This document shows, in pieces, positions 33,296-45,977 of a stretch of DNA of 64,000 nucleotides. The position numbers and the translations under genes were made by a program. The stretch covers positions 1,116,001-1,180,000 of the forward strand of contig NC_047063.1 of assembly GCF_902459465.1 (NCBI RefSeq). Direction: 5' to 3'. Numbering within the stretch: the first letter of the stretch is position 1; each line of letters starts with the position of its first letter. The notes beneath the pieces were generated by a model. The model had not been told where the DNA came from. It made no database searches and saw nothing but the letters and a program-made list of their open reading frames with translations. This stretch comes from Asterias rubens. Taxonomy: Eukaryota.

Positions 33296-36200
33296 ATGTC
33301 GCATCAAACCGGAATTAAAGGTGAAATTTATGAATTGAAATTGAGTTGAGTTGAGGCCTTGAAAATCAAGTCCACGGTGGTCTACGTCTCTGTTCCTGTT
33401 TTGTTTGTGTATTTTGATTTGGTGGCTATTTAAAACCGGGCGGAGAGACATTTTTCTCAGACAGATCCAGACTTCTAATTTTGTTGAAAATGCATAGAAT
33501 AATAAATGATATTTTTATATTTGTTTGTTTGACTTTGATTATTTATTTCTGATTTTTATTTGTTTGCCCATATTTCTCTCAGGTTCTATCACTTTTTATC
33601 ATTATTGTGATGACGTTCACCCCGGCCCACATTTATGTTTAGTTCACGCCCACTGGTCATGGTGTTATGAACACCTGGCTTTTTATAACTTCTACCGCCG
33701 TATCTCACTCATTCACAATGATTTCAGACAATAAAAACCTTTTAACTATTCTAATTATGAGTGCATCAGTGACTGTTTTGTAGTCAGTTTTCTCGCTATC
33801 GGGCAAATCAGCAAACCATAGAGCAGCAGGGCCAGTCAAACGTAAACCTAGTGACAAAACCTTTTTATCGGCTGCAAAGTCTCGCAGTTTACTATAACTT
33901 TCTAGTCTACACAAAAATAAGTCAAGATCTTCAGTGCCAGAGTAAGTATCCCTAAACTTTAATTCATATTTGCTCGCCATTATAATAGAAATATGATAAA
34001 ATTGCAATGTGGCATAGTAATCAAAATACACAATTTGCACAATAAAATAAAATATACGCCAGGGGAATACAAGAAAACAAATTAAATATAACAAGTTAAA
34101 TACCTTTTGCATCCCCAAGCGGATCTGCGTCCTTCGGCCAACCGGCAGGGTGCGCCACCGGGAGTTCATACCCGCATTCTCCACCATATGTTATGGACGG
34201 TTTGGCCTCCTCAGCCATCCCGCCCAAGGGACCGAACTTATCAATTAAACACAACTTAAACGTTCTTCTTCTTGAAAACGTAGACCCACAATAGGGTGTT
34301 TTATTTAAACACAACTCAAATGAAATACTAGAAAATATACTTAATAAATAATATACGAATAATGCACCGTCGTCTCGGTGGCGCACCTGAAGGATACAGA
34401 CCACGAGTCGACGTTGGGTGTGCCTTAAATACTTAACTATTACATAACATCCACCATGGGGGCATGTTAACCTTTATGGAAAAGCCAGGTGTTCATAATC
34501 ACCATGACCAGTGGGCGTGAACTAAACATAAATGTGGGCCGGGGTGAACGTCATCACAGTATCAGTTATTGTTACAATTTACATTGAACAAACAAAAAGT
34601 CGTTGACCAGGACTCAAGAATCAAAGGCACTTTGATCATACAGCCAGAACTTGAGTTCGTTGACTTTGTTATCTGTGAAAGTACCCCACCAACTGTATTT
34701 ATTTTTTAGCCCTTGTCATTTGTCAGACGTACACATGTAATTTAAACAAATCACTAGTTTTGCTTTAAAACAGATCTGGCTAGTATTTAAAGGGCAGTTT
34801 TCTGCTTGTCTTATTTTATGATAAATTTGCCCCAAATACATTTATGTACAAATGAAATTTACATTACATTAATGCATCGTACTGTTTACCCTTGATTTCT
34901 AAAGCGTCTGATGAGCTCAAGCAGGTGTTTGCAGATTGTAGAGAGAAGGACTACAGAGTGGTCAAAGTTGGCATTGATATCGGTCAGTATAGAGTTACTT
35001 CATCCAGGCCTAGTGGTGTATTACTCTTGGTAACAATTTGATCAACCACTCAAAATAATTTAAGTGTCAAGCACAAGTACATGTTATGTAACACAATGTG
35101 GGACAGTGTGTGATTTTGAAGGAGGACAGTTAGTAGTTACTCTAGCACTACGTTAAGAAATCTACTGCGATGATCTCAAACGGAAGCTTGAGTAAATTTT
35201 TCTTTTTGCCCACACCCAGAAGATCTTTCTATTCAGACAGCCTGTTGTTTGCCATATAAAGACATCATTGATAGTTGCATCAAGGATAATGCATTTCTTA
35301 TGTTTTGAGGAGCACTGTATGCTCAGCGCATCCGAGTCTTACAGAGACAAAATCCACAGGCTTCTCAGATGGGTCGTTGACCCAAAGAGCCTGTGGGTTT
35401 GTTTGTAGAGACGTGGCAAATTAATGTAGTACATCTTTTGAGCAGTTGAGTTATTGTGTGTTGAGTGCCTGCAGTTTTTGAAGGTAACGCTCGTGGATCA
35501 CATGCTATACAAATATTGACAGATTCATGTGCCACAGTTATTCCCAGAACAACCTGCTGTCAATTTCACAAAGAGTTAGGACTCGTCTTATCTCAAGTAG
35601 CTCGTCCTAACTTAGGATTAATCTTAAGGTATATATGCTACAGTGCAGGGTTGGGACTTGTCCTAAGTCCTAAGATTAGTCTTAAGTTATGAAGAGTTTT
35701 GTGAAATCAACGGCTGTTTCCCCTCAGCTTTGCCTCATGGAAAAACAAATATTGCTGGGATCACTGACAGAGTCCCAGTTTTAACCATTGGAGGACTAAA
35801 GGCAGTCAATATTTGTTGTATAACGCCCCATACTGCCTAGACATCTGGGTAGCAAGTAGCTGTCTTTGCTATGGTTATTGGTTGCTATGAGTGTAGTTTA
35901 TTGGTTGCCACGGGTTTAGTAGCTACACGTCAAGGTCATTGTGCTTGCTTGGCTTTCTAGTAAAACAAGACATTTGGGTGCTGTAAACCAATCAGACACA
36001 GCATTAACGGTGTTATAATATAAGACCATTTCTAAATATGATTATTCCTGATTTTCCAATCTTGTCTTTGTTTACAGGAGAAGAAAAGTTGATTTCATTG
36101 GGACATCAGGGAGCCACAGGGACATGGGAGCAAGATATCCTTTTTATTACCTCTGCCCCTTAAACTGTGACACTTTGGGAATTTGGAAATCCAAATTTCA

Positions 36201-39200
36201 AGTTTCAAGACTCCTGCTTGTTCTTGGCATAACTCTACAAACTACAGCTTCCATGGGTTTAAATTTGTCGTATATGTTTCCCCTGACTCTAGGGTGTGCC
36301 TCTGCCTTTTAAACAATTTGACTAGTGTCAAAGACTAAAGGCAAAGCATTTCTGGGAAAACCCTCAGTTCAGTATGCTTAGGTCAAACTTTCAAAATTTG
36401 TGTCCAGAATGTCCCACAGTTTTGAAAAATCTTTTTATTACTGTGGTGATATGTAATTATCAGAAGACTAAATAGGGTGATTAAACTCATTGACTAGCCA
36501 TACATGCACGCTGCATGTGTATGAGTGCATCCCAGAATGTATCTAACAAAATAATATTCTGTTTTGGAATGAACATAATAATCTGAAGAAAGAAGAAGAA
36601 ATGATTACTTATTGAACAGGAGATCTAGCAGAGACTAATCATAGAGGAGCTGGTATATAAAGGAGTGAAAACCAATTTAAATTATGCTAATTTGTCTGGT
36701 TGTAACTAAGCTACATTCCTTGACCATTTGTCCACATTATGACGCTTTGATACCTCCATTGATAGAGGAGAAAGAGCCATGTTATCTTTTCTACCGTTTT
36801 GACGAGAAGGACTCCCAGAGTAAATACAGATGGCTGTTCATTGTATACGTTCCAGAATATGCTACGGTAAGAGTTTGAGTTTTCAATGTAAAACAGAACT
36901 TTGATTTCTTTGTCAGGATTGTTTCCTGATTTCTGAAACTTTTAAAGATTGCCCTGGGCTATTTTGGTTTCCTTTAACTTGCAAGTAATTTATGTGGGAA
37001 CTCAGTTTTAAAAATGCTTGACTACCCGCGACAGACCTGTGTGGTGTTTCGAAAGTGTCACTATCATTCATTTTATTTGTCAGGTGAAACAAAAGATGAT
37101 ATACGCTGCAACAAAGTCATCACTTAAGACAACCTTTGGCTCAGGACAGATACAGAATGAAATACTTGAGACTTCAATAGTAAGTAGCATACTTTTTTCT
37201 TTACAACAATCTTGGCTTTTTGGCTTTTGAAGCTTTCTAAATCCATAAGAAGCAAACAAGTTAACGATTAACTGTTTTATAACTTCCAGATGGTAATGGA
37301 ATAGGTATTAATAGTTGTTTTCAAAATAATTGCACAGTTTCAAGGAGGCAGATGTAACAACAAAGGGAGACTTTTAAGGACACCAGGTGGCAGTAGACTT
37401 ACCAGGTAAATTCATTGTTCTTGGTAGTGTGCACATGCTCAGAACTATGTGAACAATGGAAATTTACCTGGTAAGTCTGCTGCCACCTAGCGTTCCAAAG
37501 TCTCCCATTGCAGAAACTGCTTTAATTTTGGAAAACACAAACAAATAAACTGGCCTGGAGTGGATTTTTTACAAAGAGTTAAGACTTATCTTATCTCGAG
37601 TAAGGACGAGTTACTCATCCTAACTTAGGACTGGCCTGAAGTGTTTAATAACTCCCAAAGAGTCCTAGGACTATTCCTAAGTTAGAACTATCTTTGTGAA
37701 AGTTACGCCTGGTCATACGCTTGTCCGTTCATGTCAGTAGTCCATTGGAGATAGTAGTCTAACAATGCTAGTAGTCCATTAGAATTAAATGTTGTTGCTT
37801 TTTTAATGAAAGTGGAAGTGGAAGTGTGCCGAGCGGTTAAGAGCACCAAATTTAAACTCTGGTGTTTCTGATCAGCAGACTGTGGGTTCGAATCCCGAGT
37901 CATGACACTTGTGTCCTTAAGCAAGACACTTTAAACTATTGCTTCGTCCTTTGGATGGGACGTTAAGCCGTTCGTCCCATGTGTTATGTGACGCATTTAA
38001 AAGAACCAAGTGCACTTATCGAAAAGAGAAGGGGTTCGCCCCAGTGTTCCTGGTCCGATCTGCAGCAAATTGCGTCACAGTACCTTGTAAAACATTACAT
38101 GGTGCTATCAGAATTAGGTATCATAATTCAAACGTAGTCCCACATCTTGCAGGAAATACTGTATGTTACAGCGCCAGGAGCGTCACTGAGTGACGGACAT
38201 GTGCACTATATAAGAAGCCACAATAATTTGTATTAATTATTGTTGTCTTGTTTGTTACGGGTTGTTTGAACTTGCACTTTCTTTGTTACACAGGTATACT
38301 TGTATGTATGTTGTTTTGTCATTTTTCCAGTGAGAAATACTGTTAGAGTCAAAATATCAGGCCGACATTAACCAACCTTTACATTTGTAATAAATTGTAG
38401 ACCGAAATGAATTACAAGGGATACATCAGTCACATCGAACACCAAGAAGCTCCAGCCCCGCTGACGGCCAGCGAGGAGGAACAGAAACAGATGAGGGAAG
38501 AAGAAGGACCTACTGAATCTGGCAGCACTACCAAGCAGAGCCATCTGAAGGGTATTGCGTTCCCAGTCAGACCCGATGCCGAAGACAAGCTTCTTGCATT
38601 GAAGAATGGCGATTATACCTATGTTAGACTGGTGAGTGTGAGCTTGTAATAGAGATGGTTAATGAAGCTTAGATTGCAGAGCCATCTGAAGGCTATTGCA
38701 TTCCCAGTCCGACCCGATGCCAAAGACAAGCTTCTTGCATTGCAGAATGGCGATTATACTTATGTTAGACTGGTGAGTGTGAGCTTGTAGTAAGAGGGGT
38801 GGATAGGTATCCACATTCAAACCAGGGACCTTTAACAACAGAGACAATAGGTCCACGGTTGCTATCACAGAGGAACTCATTGTGGTCAACGGTTGCTAAG
38901 GAGGGTCCACGATTGCAGGTGTTTACAAACTTGTGTATGTTGGCAAAGCTTAGATCGCAGAGCCATTAGAAGGGTACTGCTTTCCCACTCCGACCTGATG
39001 CCAAAGATAAGCTTCTTGTCTTGAAAGATTGTACAAGTAACATGCTATTTTAGCTGGTCACCCTTTCCTGTAAGCATACTTTTGTTGTGCTTAGCTACTT
39101 TTTGTGCTTAGGCAGCTTTATGAAATTTGGCCCTGATGCCAAAGACGAGCTTCTTGCGTTGAAGTATGGTGGTGTGCCGTCTACATGCATTTAGATGGAC

Positions 39201-41463
39201 TTACCACAGGCCACAACAGATCAATTGTGGTGTTGTAAAGAGTCTATAAACATCTGAAAAATAACATCTATAAACCTCTGAAATACTACATCTCATTTCT
39301 TCAGGCATCTTCATTGTAAGAACCCCAGACCGAGGGGATATTTTTTTTATATTTTCATTTTCCTACAATCTCATTTTACTAAAATGGGGCTGAAACGTCT
39401 AACTGCCGATTTCCATATTTTTTGTTTTTGCTGATCTCTTTCAGTGTGTGGATATAAAGAATGAAGAGATTCTATTGGATGACTCAGACAGCATTGAGTT
39501 GAATGCACTCCCAGCCAAGGTGCCTACAGATAAAGCTAGCTACCATGTCTTCACATTCAAACACACGCATGAAGGAGATTATCTAGAAAGTAAAGGTAAG
39601 ACAACTATCCAATAGACTGCTTTGTACTCATAAAGTGCAGTCATTTATTTTCATCCATGGCTAAGCTTTCTTTTTGTGACGTTTCAATTCTAATTGTTAG
39701 TTTGTGTTTTCATATCATATTAGCTTCTGAAAATAATTGAAGTTAATATTATCTAGTTTTGTATTTGATTCTTCATTTCTTGAGTCCGAGTCCTCAATTT
39801 TGAATTTGAGTTAAGTCCTGTCCTGAGTCATTTGGATCGAGTGATATTTTGTAGCAGGGCCATTTTATAAAATTTACAACTTACAAAATTTTTGTTTAGA
39901 AAATATCTTACCTACAGCTGTTTAGTGCTACCTGAAAAGCCAAGACTTCAGTGTTCATGCGGACCGTTTTGGGGTCAAATTCCGACCTGAAAGCGCTCTC
40001 TCGATGCGTCCGTTTGTTTTGTGTTATATGAAGTCGGTTCAAGGGGTCAATGCATGTAAGGGTTACACATACAAACCTGGATACTGCTTGTTATAATTTT
40101 CTAAAATCATTTTGCTTTGTTGCAGTGTTTATTTATTCCATGCCTGGCTATAACTGTCCTGTGAAGGAGCGAATGTTGTACACCAGCTGTCTCAGTCCAC
40201 TCATAGGCTTCCTTGGAGAATCTCTAGGAATTGAAATAGCAAAGAGGGTGAGTTTAAGAAAAACATGATTATAATAGGCATTTATTGGGCGCTTCTATTA
40301 AAGTGCCTGAAATATTACTACTGTGGGCCTTCAGCATTCCTAAAACCAGGCATTCTGCTTGTTGTCACCCATGCACTCTAGCTATGCTGAGATGTAGAAC
40401 AAGCAGCCATACGTCTGTTAATATTCATGCATGACGTCATAATTCTTACACAAAAATGAGGCTATAGGCGCACGTCCGCCACCACTTGCAGTGGATGCGC
40501 CTATGGCCTCGTTTTGCCGGGGTTATAATTGTGACGTACTCATGCATAAATATTAAGAAAGGCGTATTCCAACAGCTGTATTCCACATGTTGCATCTCTA
40601 TGGAACTCCTTGCCTGGTGCATGTTTCCCTCCATCCTGCAACCTAGACTGTTTTAAGAGGAAAGTCAGTTCGTACATTCAGCTTTCCTGATTTTATCATC
40701 TTAAATATCTTGTTCTTGTAGTGCCTTACCAAAAGTGGCTTTCAATCTTGTTAGGGGCAATGTTGCTTAAAGACCTGGACACTATTGGCATTTGTCAAAG
40801 ACCAGTCTTCTCACTTGCTGTATCTCAACATATGCACAAAAAAACAAACCTGTGAAAATTTGAGCGTTATTGGTCGTCGGAGTTGCGAGATAACTATGAA
40901 AGAAAAAACACCCTTGTCACACGAAGTTGTGTGCTTTCAGATGCTTGATTTCGAGACCTCAAATTCTAAGCTTGAGGTCTTGAAATCAAATTCGTGGAAA
41001 ATTACTTCTTTCTCGAAAACTACGTCTCTTCAGAGGGAGCCGTTTCTCACAATGTTTTATACTATCAAACTTCCCCCATTACTCTTTACCAAGTAAGGTT
41101 TTATGCTGATAAATATTTTTGAGTAATTACCAATAGTGTCCACTGCCTTTAAAGAGTAAACACAAAAGAAAATGTTGTTGGTAGTGTTATACATCAGTGG
41201 TGAATCCCAACTTCTGACCCCACTTGGCAAATAGCTCTCTTAATCTGCCCTATGTTCACCAAGTTCTTGTAATCTGATATCACGCCTTCTGCCTACTATT
41301 ATTATTCTTACAGATTGAAATAAGCGAGGGCGCGGTCCTGACAGAAGCATTTCTTATGGATGAGGTACACCCGGTACGCAACCTGCACCGACCAGCATTT
41401 GCCAAACCTAAGGGACCACCGGGGAAACGAGGTCAAAGAAGGTTGTTAAAGGAAGAAAATTAA
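33296..41463 (+). CDS. TWF1: Twinfilin (tandem ADF-H actin-binding protein), 9 coding exons, 346 aa
   Basis: Exons 33296-33320, 34905-34982, 36078-36134, 36736-36866, 37084-37179, 38401-38631, 39445-39595, 40126-40247, 41314-41463 (1041 nt). Motifs MSHQTGIK, EPCYLFYRFD, KQKMIYAATK, APAPLTASEEE, FKHTHEGDYLES, FIYSMPGYNCPVKERMLY, FAKPKGPPGKRG. Intron 3 is AT-AC. Confidence 0.96.
33606..34558 (-). mobile_element. Truncated Ty3/gypsy-like LTR retrotransposon (LTR + PBS + gag start) ending in an inverted copy of the LTR start
   Basis: Minus strand: LTR 34558-34189 (TG...CA, 370 bp, AATAAA at about 34305-34300), PBS TGGTGGAGAATGCGGG 34186-34171, gag-like ORF from ATG 33980 (MASKYELKFRDTYSGTEDLDLFLCRLE...LRLTGPAALWFADLP...YKTVTDAL). 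33606-33683 is the reverse complement of 34480-34558. Confidence 0.85.
36135..36735 (+). other. U12-type (minor spliceosome) AT-AC intron of twinfilin
   Basis: 5' site ATATCCTTT (36135), branch point TTCCTTGAC (36716-36724), terminal AC (36734-36735). Removal gives in-frame WEQD|YDAL; no GT-AG alternative keeps this peptide. Confidence 0.93.
37386..37487. mobile_element. About 100-bp MITE with GGTGGCAGTAGACTTACCAGGTAAATT inverted ends
   Basis: Inverted ends visible; second copy at 57851-57950. Confidence 0.75.
37820..38240 (+). mobile_element. tRNA-derived SINE
   Basis: GCCGAGCGGTTAAG A-box-like, GGTTCGAATCCC B-box, homologous to 29371-29776. Confidence 0.75.
38680..39168 (+). repeat. Tandem partial duplications of twinfilin exon 6 (3' half)
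   Basis: 38680-38772 copies 38539-38631 plus the donor (6 substitutions in 93 nt). More degenerate copies at about 38946-39030 and 39133-39168. Confidence 0.9.
40771..41148. mobile_element. TTAA-flanked element, family A copy
   Basis: ttaa|AGACCTGGACACTATTGG ... CCAATAGTGTCCACTGCCT|ttaa. Confidence 0.8.
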
Positions 41464-44264
41464 TGAGTAATAATTAATTATACAAAAGGGTTCAACGTTT
41501 GTTGAATTGGCAAGACTGGTTTTTACGTAAATGGTTTGTCTGCTCTGAATCAAGATATACTTGGAAATAATCTGGTATTATCAATAGTTCCAAAATGATG
41601 AATATACAAACAAACAAAATTCAATTGTTACCTCAAATTTTTGGAAATGGAATGCCAAGTTTGAAGTGTGTCTGTTATTTGCGTACTTTTTCTTTGCCAA
41701 AAGTTTCAGCTAAAGTTAAATCCAATCAGGGAAAATATTATGTTGGGTAAATGGAATTATGTAACTTCACATCAATCAAAAACTTTGGATATTGATTAAA
41801 ACAAATTGTAATCGGGTTTATATTCAGCAAAGTTTTAATCAGGTAAATAGCCAATGGTGTGCCCTTACCTTTCGTTGTAAATTTTTGTATGCAAATTTGA
41901 TAAAGATTTAACTACCAAAAAAGGCGATTGTAGTGACTGTACCCTGCTCTTTTCCAGAATTTTACCAGAAATAATCGTCAATATGCGCAGCAGCTGTCTT
42001 CCCACTTTCCTGACTTAGTACTTGATTTATGGGTAGATTTGTTAAAGACTTGCAGCCAAACGTGTATCTGTATCATTAATACAAGGACAAATTTTTCCAG
42101 CATGATGTGTTTGCTTTAATAACCAATAAGGAAAACATATACTGCTGGTATCCACTAATCTTGACGCACTTGGCGCATGAAAATTTGTACCCTGCCGTCG
42201 ATTTCACAAAACTCTTCCTAACTTAGGAATAATCTTAGGACTTAGTATGGGTTCAGTTCCGTATCCAAATATGTAGGACGCATTGAACTCATCCTAAGTT
42301 AGGACGGGTTACTCGTCCTAACTCGAGTTAGGATTAATCTATCGTTTGGTGAAATTAACTGCTGGTCACCTACCCTTTGATTGAATTCCTTACACCTTCT
42401 CAGCTCCACTGGGAGTATGCAACCTATGCTGCCAAATAGTGCCATTCAAGCTAAATCAATTCCATGAGCCAGTGCCCTCACAGGTGCCTAGTACTCCTGT
42501 GTGAAGATGAGCAATTGTAGTCTAGTGTCTTGCCTAAGAGTACACGTGTCGTGACTGGGATTCAAGCCCACTGTCCGATGACTAGGCTGCCAGAGCTCGA
42601 GTCCAATGCACTATTGGGCCATGACCTGCCACACAATGTCCAATCTGCACATGCATTCATATCTCTAAGGCCACATTTCTCACAATTATAGTCAAAAATA
42701 TGAACTTGTGAAATGTTTATTCAAATTTAATTTTTTAGACTTTTATTTTTAAGCAATGCTTGGGAAAAGATAGAAGGTAGAATTTAGACTTTATGGAGGT
42801 ACTGGTCTTCAAAACAAATTACACGGAACTGTTAAAGCATAACCCATAGTGCTACCTGTGCTATGGGGGAAACTCCGTCAATGAAATCAAGTTAGTGTAT
42901 TTAAGAACTTGGGCTTCATTTTATACTCTTAAGGTAGCAAAACTTATAAAGGTGTTTGTAAATTTTTTGCAAGAACTATATTTTTGCACAAGTTCATGAA
43001 AAGTTTTGATCATTTTGTTTTGAAATTTAATATTACAGGTAAAGGTTTATAAAAGGCTCAACTTGATAGAAAAATAAGGGCATGTGTAAACTGCTCAATT
43101 TGTGAGTTCATATGTAAAACATATACAAATAAAGAATGTTTTTATATCCTGGTTGGAATATTTTTACAGGTTGAACAATGGAATGTTAACAGTGAATGAG
43201 GCGAAGCTGTATTGAATTGAATATTCTATATTTCAACGAATGAAAATATTCTCTCCATTGCACAAAAGCAAAGCATTCATTATTTCTTTAATGTAACATC
43301 CAAGTAGATCTTTGTCATTTGGTTCAAGGATAAAACTACAAGAGCAAACTGTGAGATTGTATTCTGGCATCCACTATGAGGGTGCTTTGTACTGCTGTGT
43401 TTAATACATGTGTACTTGGTGTGGGCTAGTGTGCAACAGTAAAAATGGATTGGACAAAAATGCATGGTGAGTAGACCCACAAAGCAATTTCATGACATTG
43501 GCCATTTAATGGTCTGATTAATGAATTCCACGTGACTTACAGTTCTCCAGTCAAATAACAAGGATCTTCTAGTTGTGAAATAAGTTATTTTATTCTGCAT
43601 AGGTTATTACCATGAAGCTACTAATCACAAAGAAAATATACCAGTAGCAGTATACCAGCTAAAGTTAGTGTACTGGTTAGCTTTGACCAGTTTCCCGCTA
43701 ATTTTGCCTTGCAATTCTTATTAAAACCCTCCGACTGTCAGTGTGTTTCTTGTGACAGCTAACCCATACCCCATTATGCCACAGCGGTGATATTTTGAGG
43801 CACACACATGCTGATGTAGATAGCAGAGCAACAGCTCAAGGTGTTTTGACCATGGTAAACTGGGGTAGCCATGGGCTAGGGCTACATTTGATGGAGATCA
43901 GGTTCACACACAGTCAATTTCTCCAGTGACAATCTGTATACAATGAGAGAACAGTGTAGCATGGGTTACTCCACCGTTGTGTGCCTAGCATTTGGGAGAT
44001 TTTGTGACATCGCGGAAGATGCACCCATCATCAGAGGGTTTTATCATCTTTATAGAGTTGTTTTCATAGATAAACATTCCATATTATCCTGCAATACTTG
44101 TTCCAACAAATTTTAGAAAATCATTCTGTGTATAAAGCATTTTACTTTCTTTTGGCAGACAGAAATTGTAGTTCAAGTGCCCATACTTTCTGTACCAATG
44201 CCTTTCCATAATATATGCAAGTTGTGATAAAACATGTGATATTTATACAATGTGCAAGAGCAAT

Positions 44265-44436
44265 AAGCCACTTTGGAGTTCCAGCTGCTCATGTCTGTTA
44301 CTGCTGACAATGGACTTTGTCTATCTCCCATCACCTTTTGACAATACCAGCGGGTATTGTCAAAAGGTTACGGGAGATAGACACAATCCGTTGTCAGCAG
44401 TAACAGACATGCGCCACTGACATTCCGAAGTGGCTT
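44265..44436. repeat. 172-bp foldback hairpin
   Basis: Arms 44265-44348 and 44353-44436, loop AGCG. Inner stem CTTTTGACAATACC / GGTATTGTCAAAAG is perfect. Confidence 0.85.
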
Positions 44437-45344
44437 GTGCTTCATCCATCCATGCTAACCACCCCCAACCTTACAAAGTCCAACTGCATGTTTGTATGAT
44501 TTTGTTGGACTGCTCTAGTAAACTAATAATGCTTTAAACGTCAGCAGACATACAATCATAATCAGAGTACAACAGTTGCGGTGTTGAGTTAGGCTTTCTT
44601 CACCATTGTGCCATACTCGGGTTGCAAGGGGTCTATAAGTTCGACAGAAATAGTATGGACAAATTCATGTGCTAATGCCACCAATCATTAAGGTCTACGT
44701 CTAACAGAGAGGTCCTATAATTTGATGACCATCCGACCTTCATTGGTGAGAATCAGTGCTTAGGTTTGAGACTAATTTACCCTGTTTGCAGAGAATGACG
44801 ACCAAAGCGCAAACTATCATTGTAAGCAAGGCCATGAAATTAATTGGTATAGGTCAACAAGAGACAATCGCCCCTTTGAAATACCAAAGCTTCATTTTGT
44901 GCCATCAACATGTCCAACTTTATCTGTTCATTGGATTTTCATAAAAACTGAAGGGATATTTGTATATCGGACCTTTATACCATTGGTGTGTTGAGGATTT
45001 CTTAAGTGAACATGTAAAATAAATACATTTCATGAACAAAAAGTGTTTTAATTGAACAAATTATTTATGGTCGACTTTTCACTCAAATGTGTTTTTAAAA
45101 ATGTACATGTAATTATTTTTTTTTTAAATTACAAATTACAGAAATTATGTAGAACATTTGTTGGCGACTGTCAAGTATTTAAATTGTGCAGAAATATTCA
45201 ATAGTCTTCAATCTGTTCAGTTGCGGGATTAATGCACTTGTGCTTAAGTTACTGGACTCGGTCCAGTGTGTATCTTGAGCCCAAGTTTAGGAGAAGCTTG
45301 TTTCTCTGGGATATTTTTTTAATTAAATGCCGTCAGCTTGGCTT

Positions 45345-45478
45345 AAGTGGTTTCTTCCAGCCTTTCACCTGAGCTGTAGACCCAGGTTCGAATCCCGCTT
45401 TGGACCTAGGCCTCGCATGTGGATTGGGTTTTCAGTCCCAACCTGATTATGTGGGGTTTCCTCCCACATCTAAAACCG
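45345..45478 (+). mobile_element. Short tRNA-headed SINE fragment
   Basis: TGGCTTAAGTGG A-box-like, GGTTCGAATCCC B-box, then GGTTTCCTCCCAC, reminiscent of the MetaSINE central domain. Confidence 0.5.
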
Positions 45479-45977
45479 TATCTTCGGTAAAAGCACTTTT
45501 TAAGATCGCTTGCTTTTATTACAAAAAAAGTTTAATACTATTGATGATTTAGACCAGGTCCTCTCCCACGTAGGCCCTACATCAGAGAGATGAACCAAGC
45601 ACCTTATATGGAAGAGGAAATCCATTGTGCACTTGACGTCATTTGAGTAGGGCGCCCTCACGTAAAGGCCAAAAGAAGGTTTGCCCACTGGCCCATCTTG
45701 TGTGCCGCGCGTACTAATCTGTACATATCCACTGTTTCAACATTGCTTTGCCTCTAAGATTGCAGCTGGATGACGTCAATGCATTAGGTCTATTGGTAGC
45801 AAAACACACAGCACACAATCCTAACTTCAGCATTACACACGACTCCATAAACCAGTCTTCTGGCAGGTCATTAAGAGTTCATAAGAAGTTCCACAGGTTG
45901 AAGATGTGGCTCTTCAAACTTAGTCAAGTGCTTGAGTACACAGCATCCTCCGACCACCAACCGAAATGCAAGCTCCA

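Noticed and set aside
33606-34558. DIRS element or DNA transposon
   Set aside because: No tyrosine recombinase or transposase; the tRNA PBS directly after a TG..CA LTR and before gag indicates LTR-retrotransposon origin.
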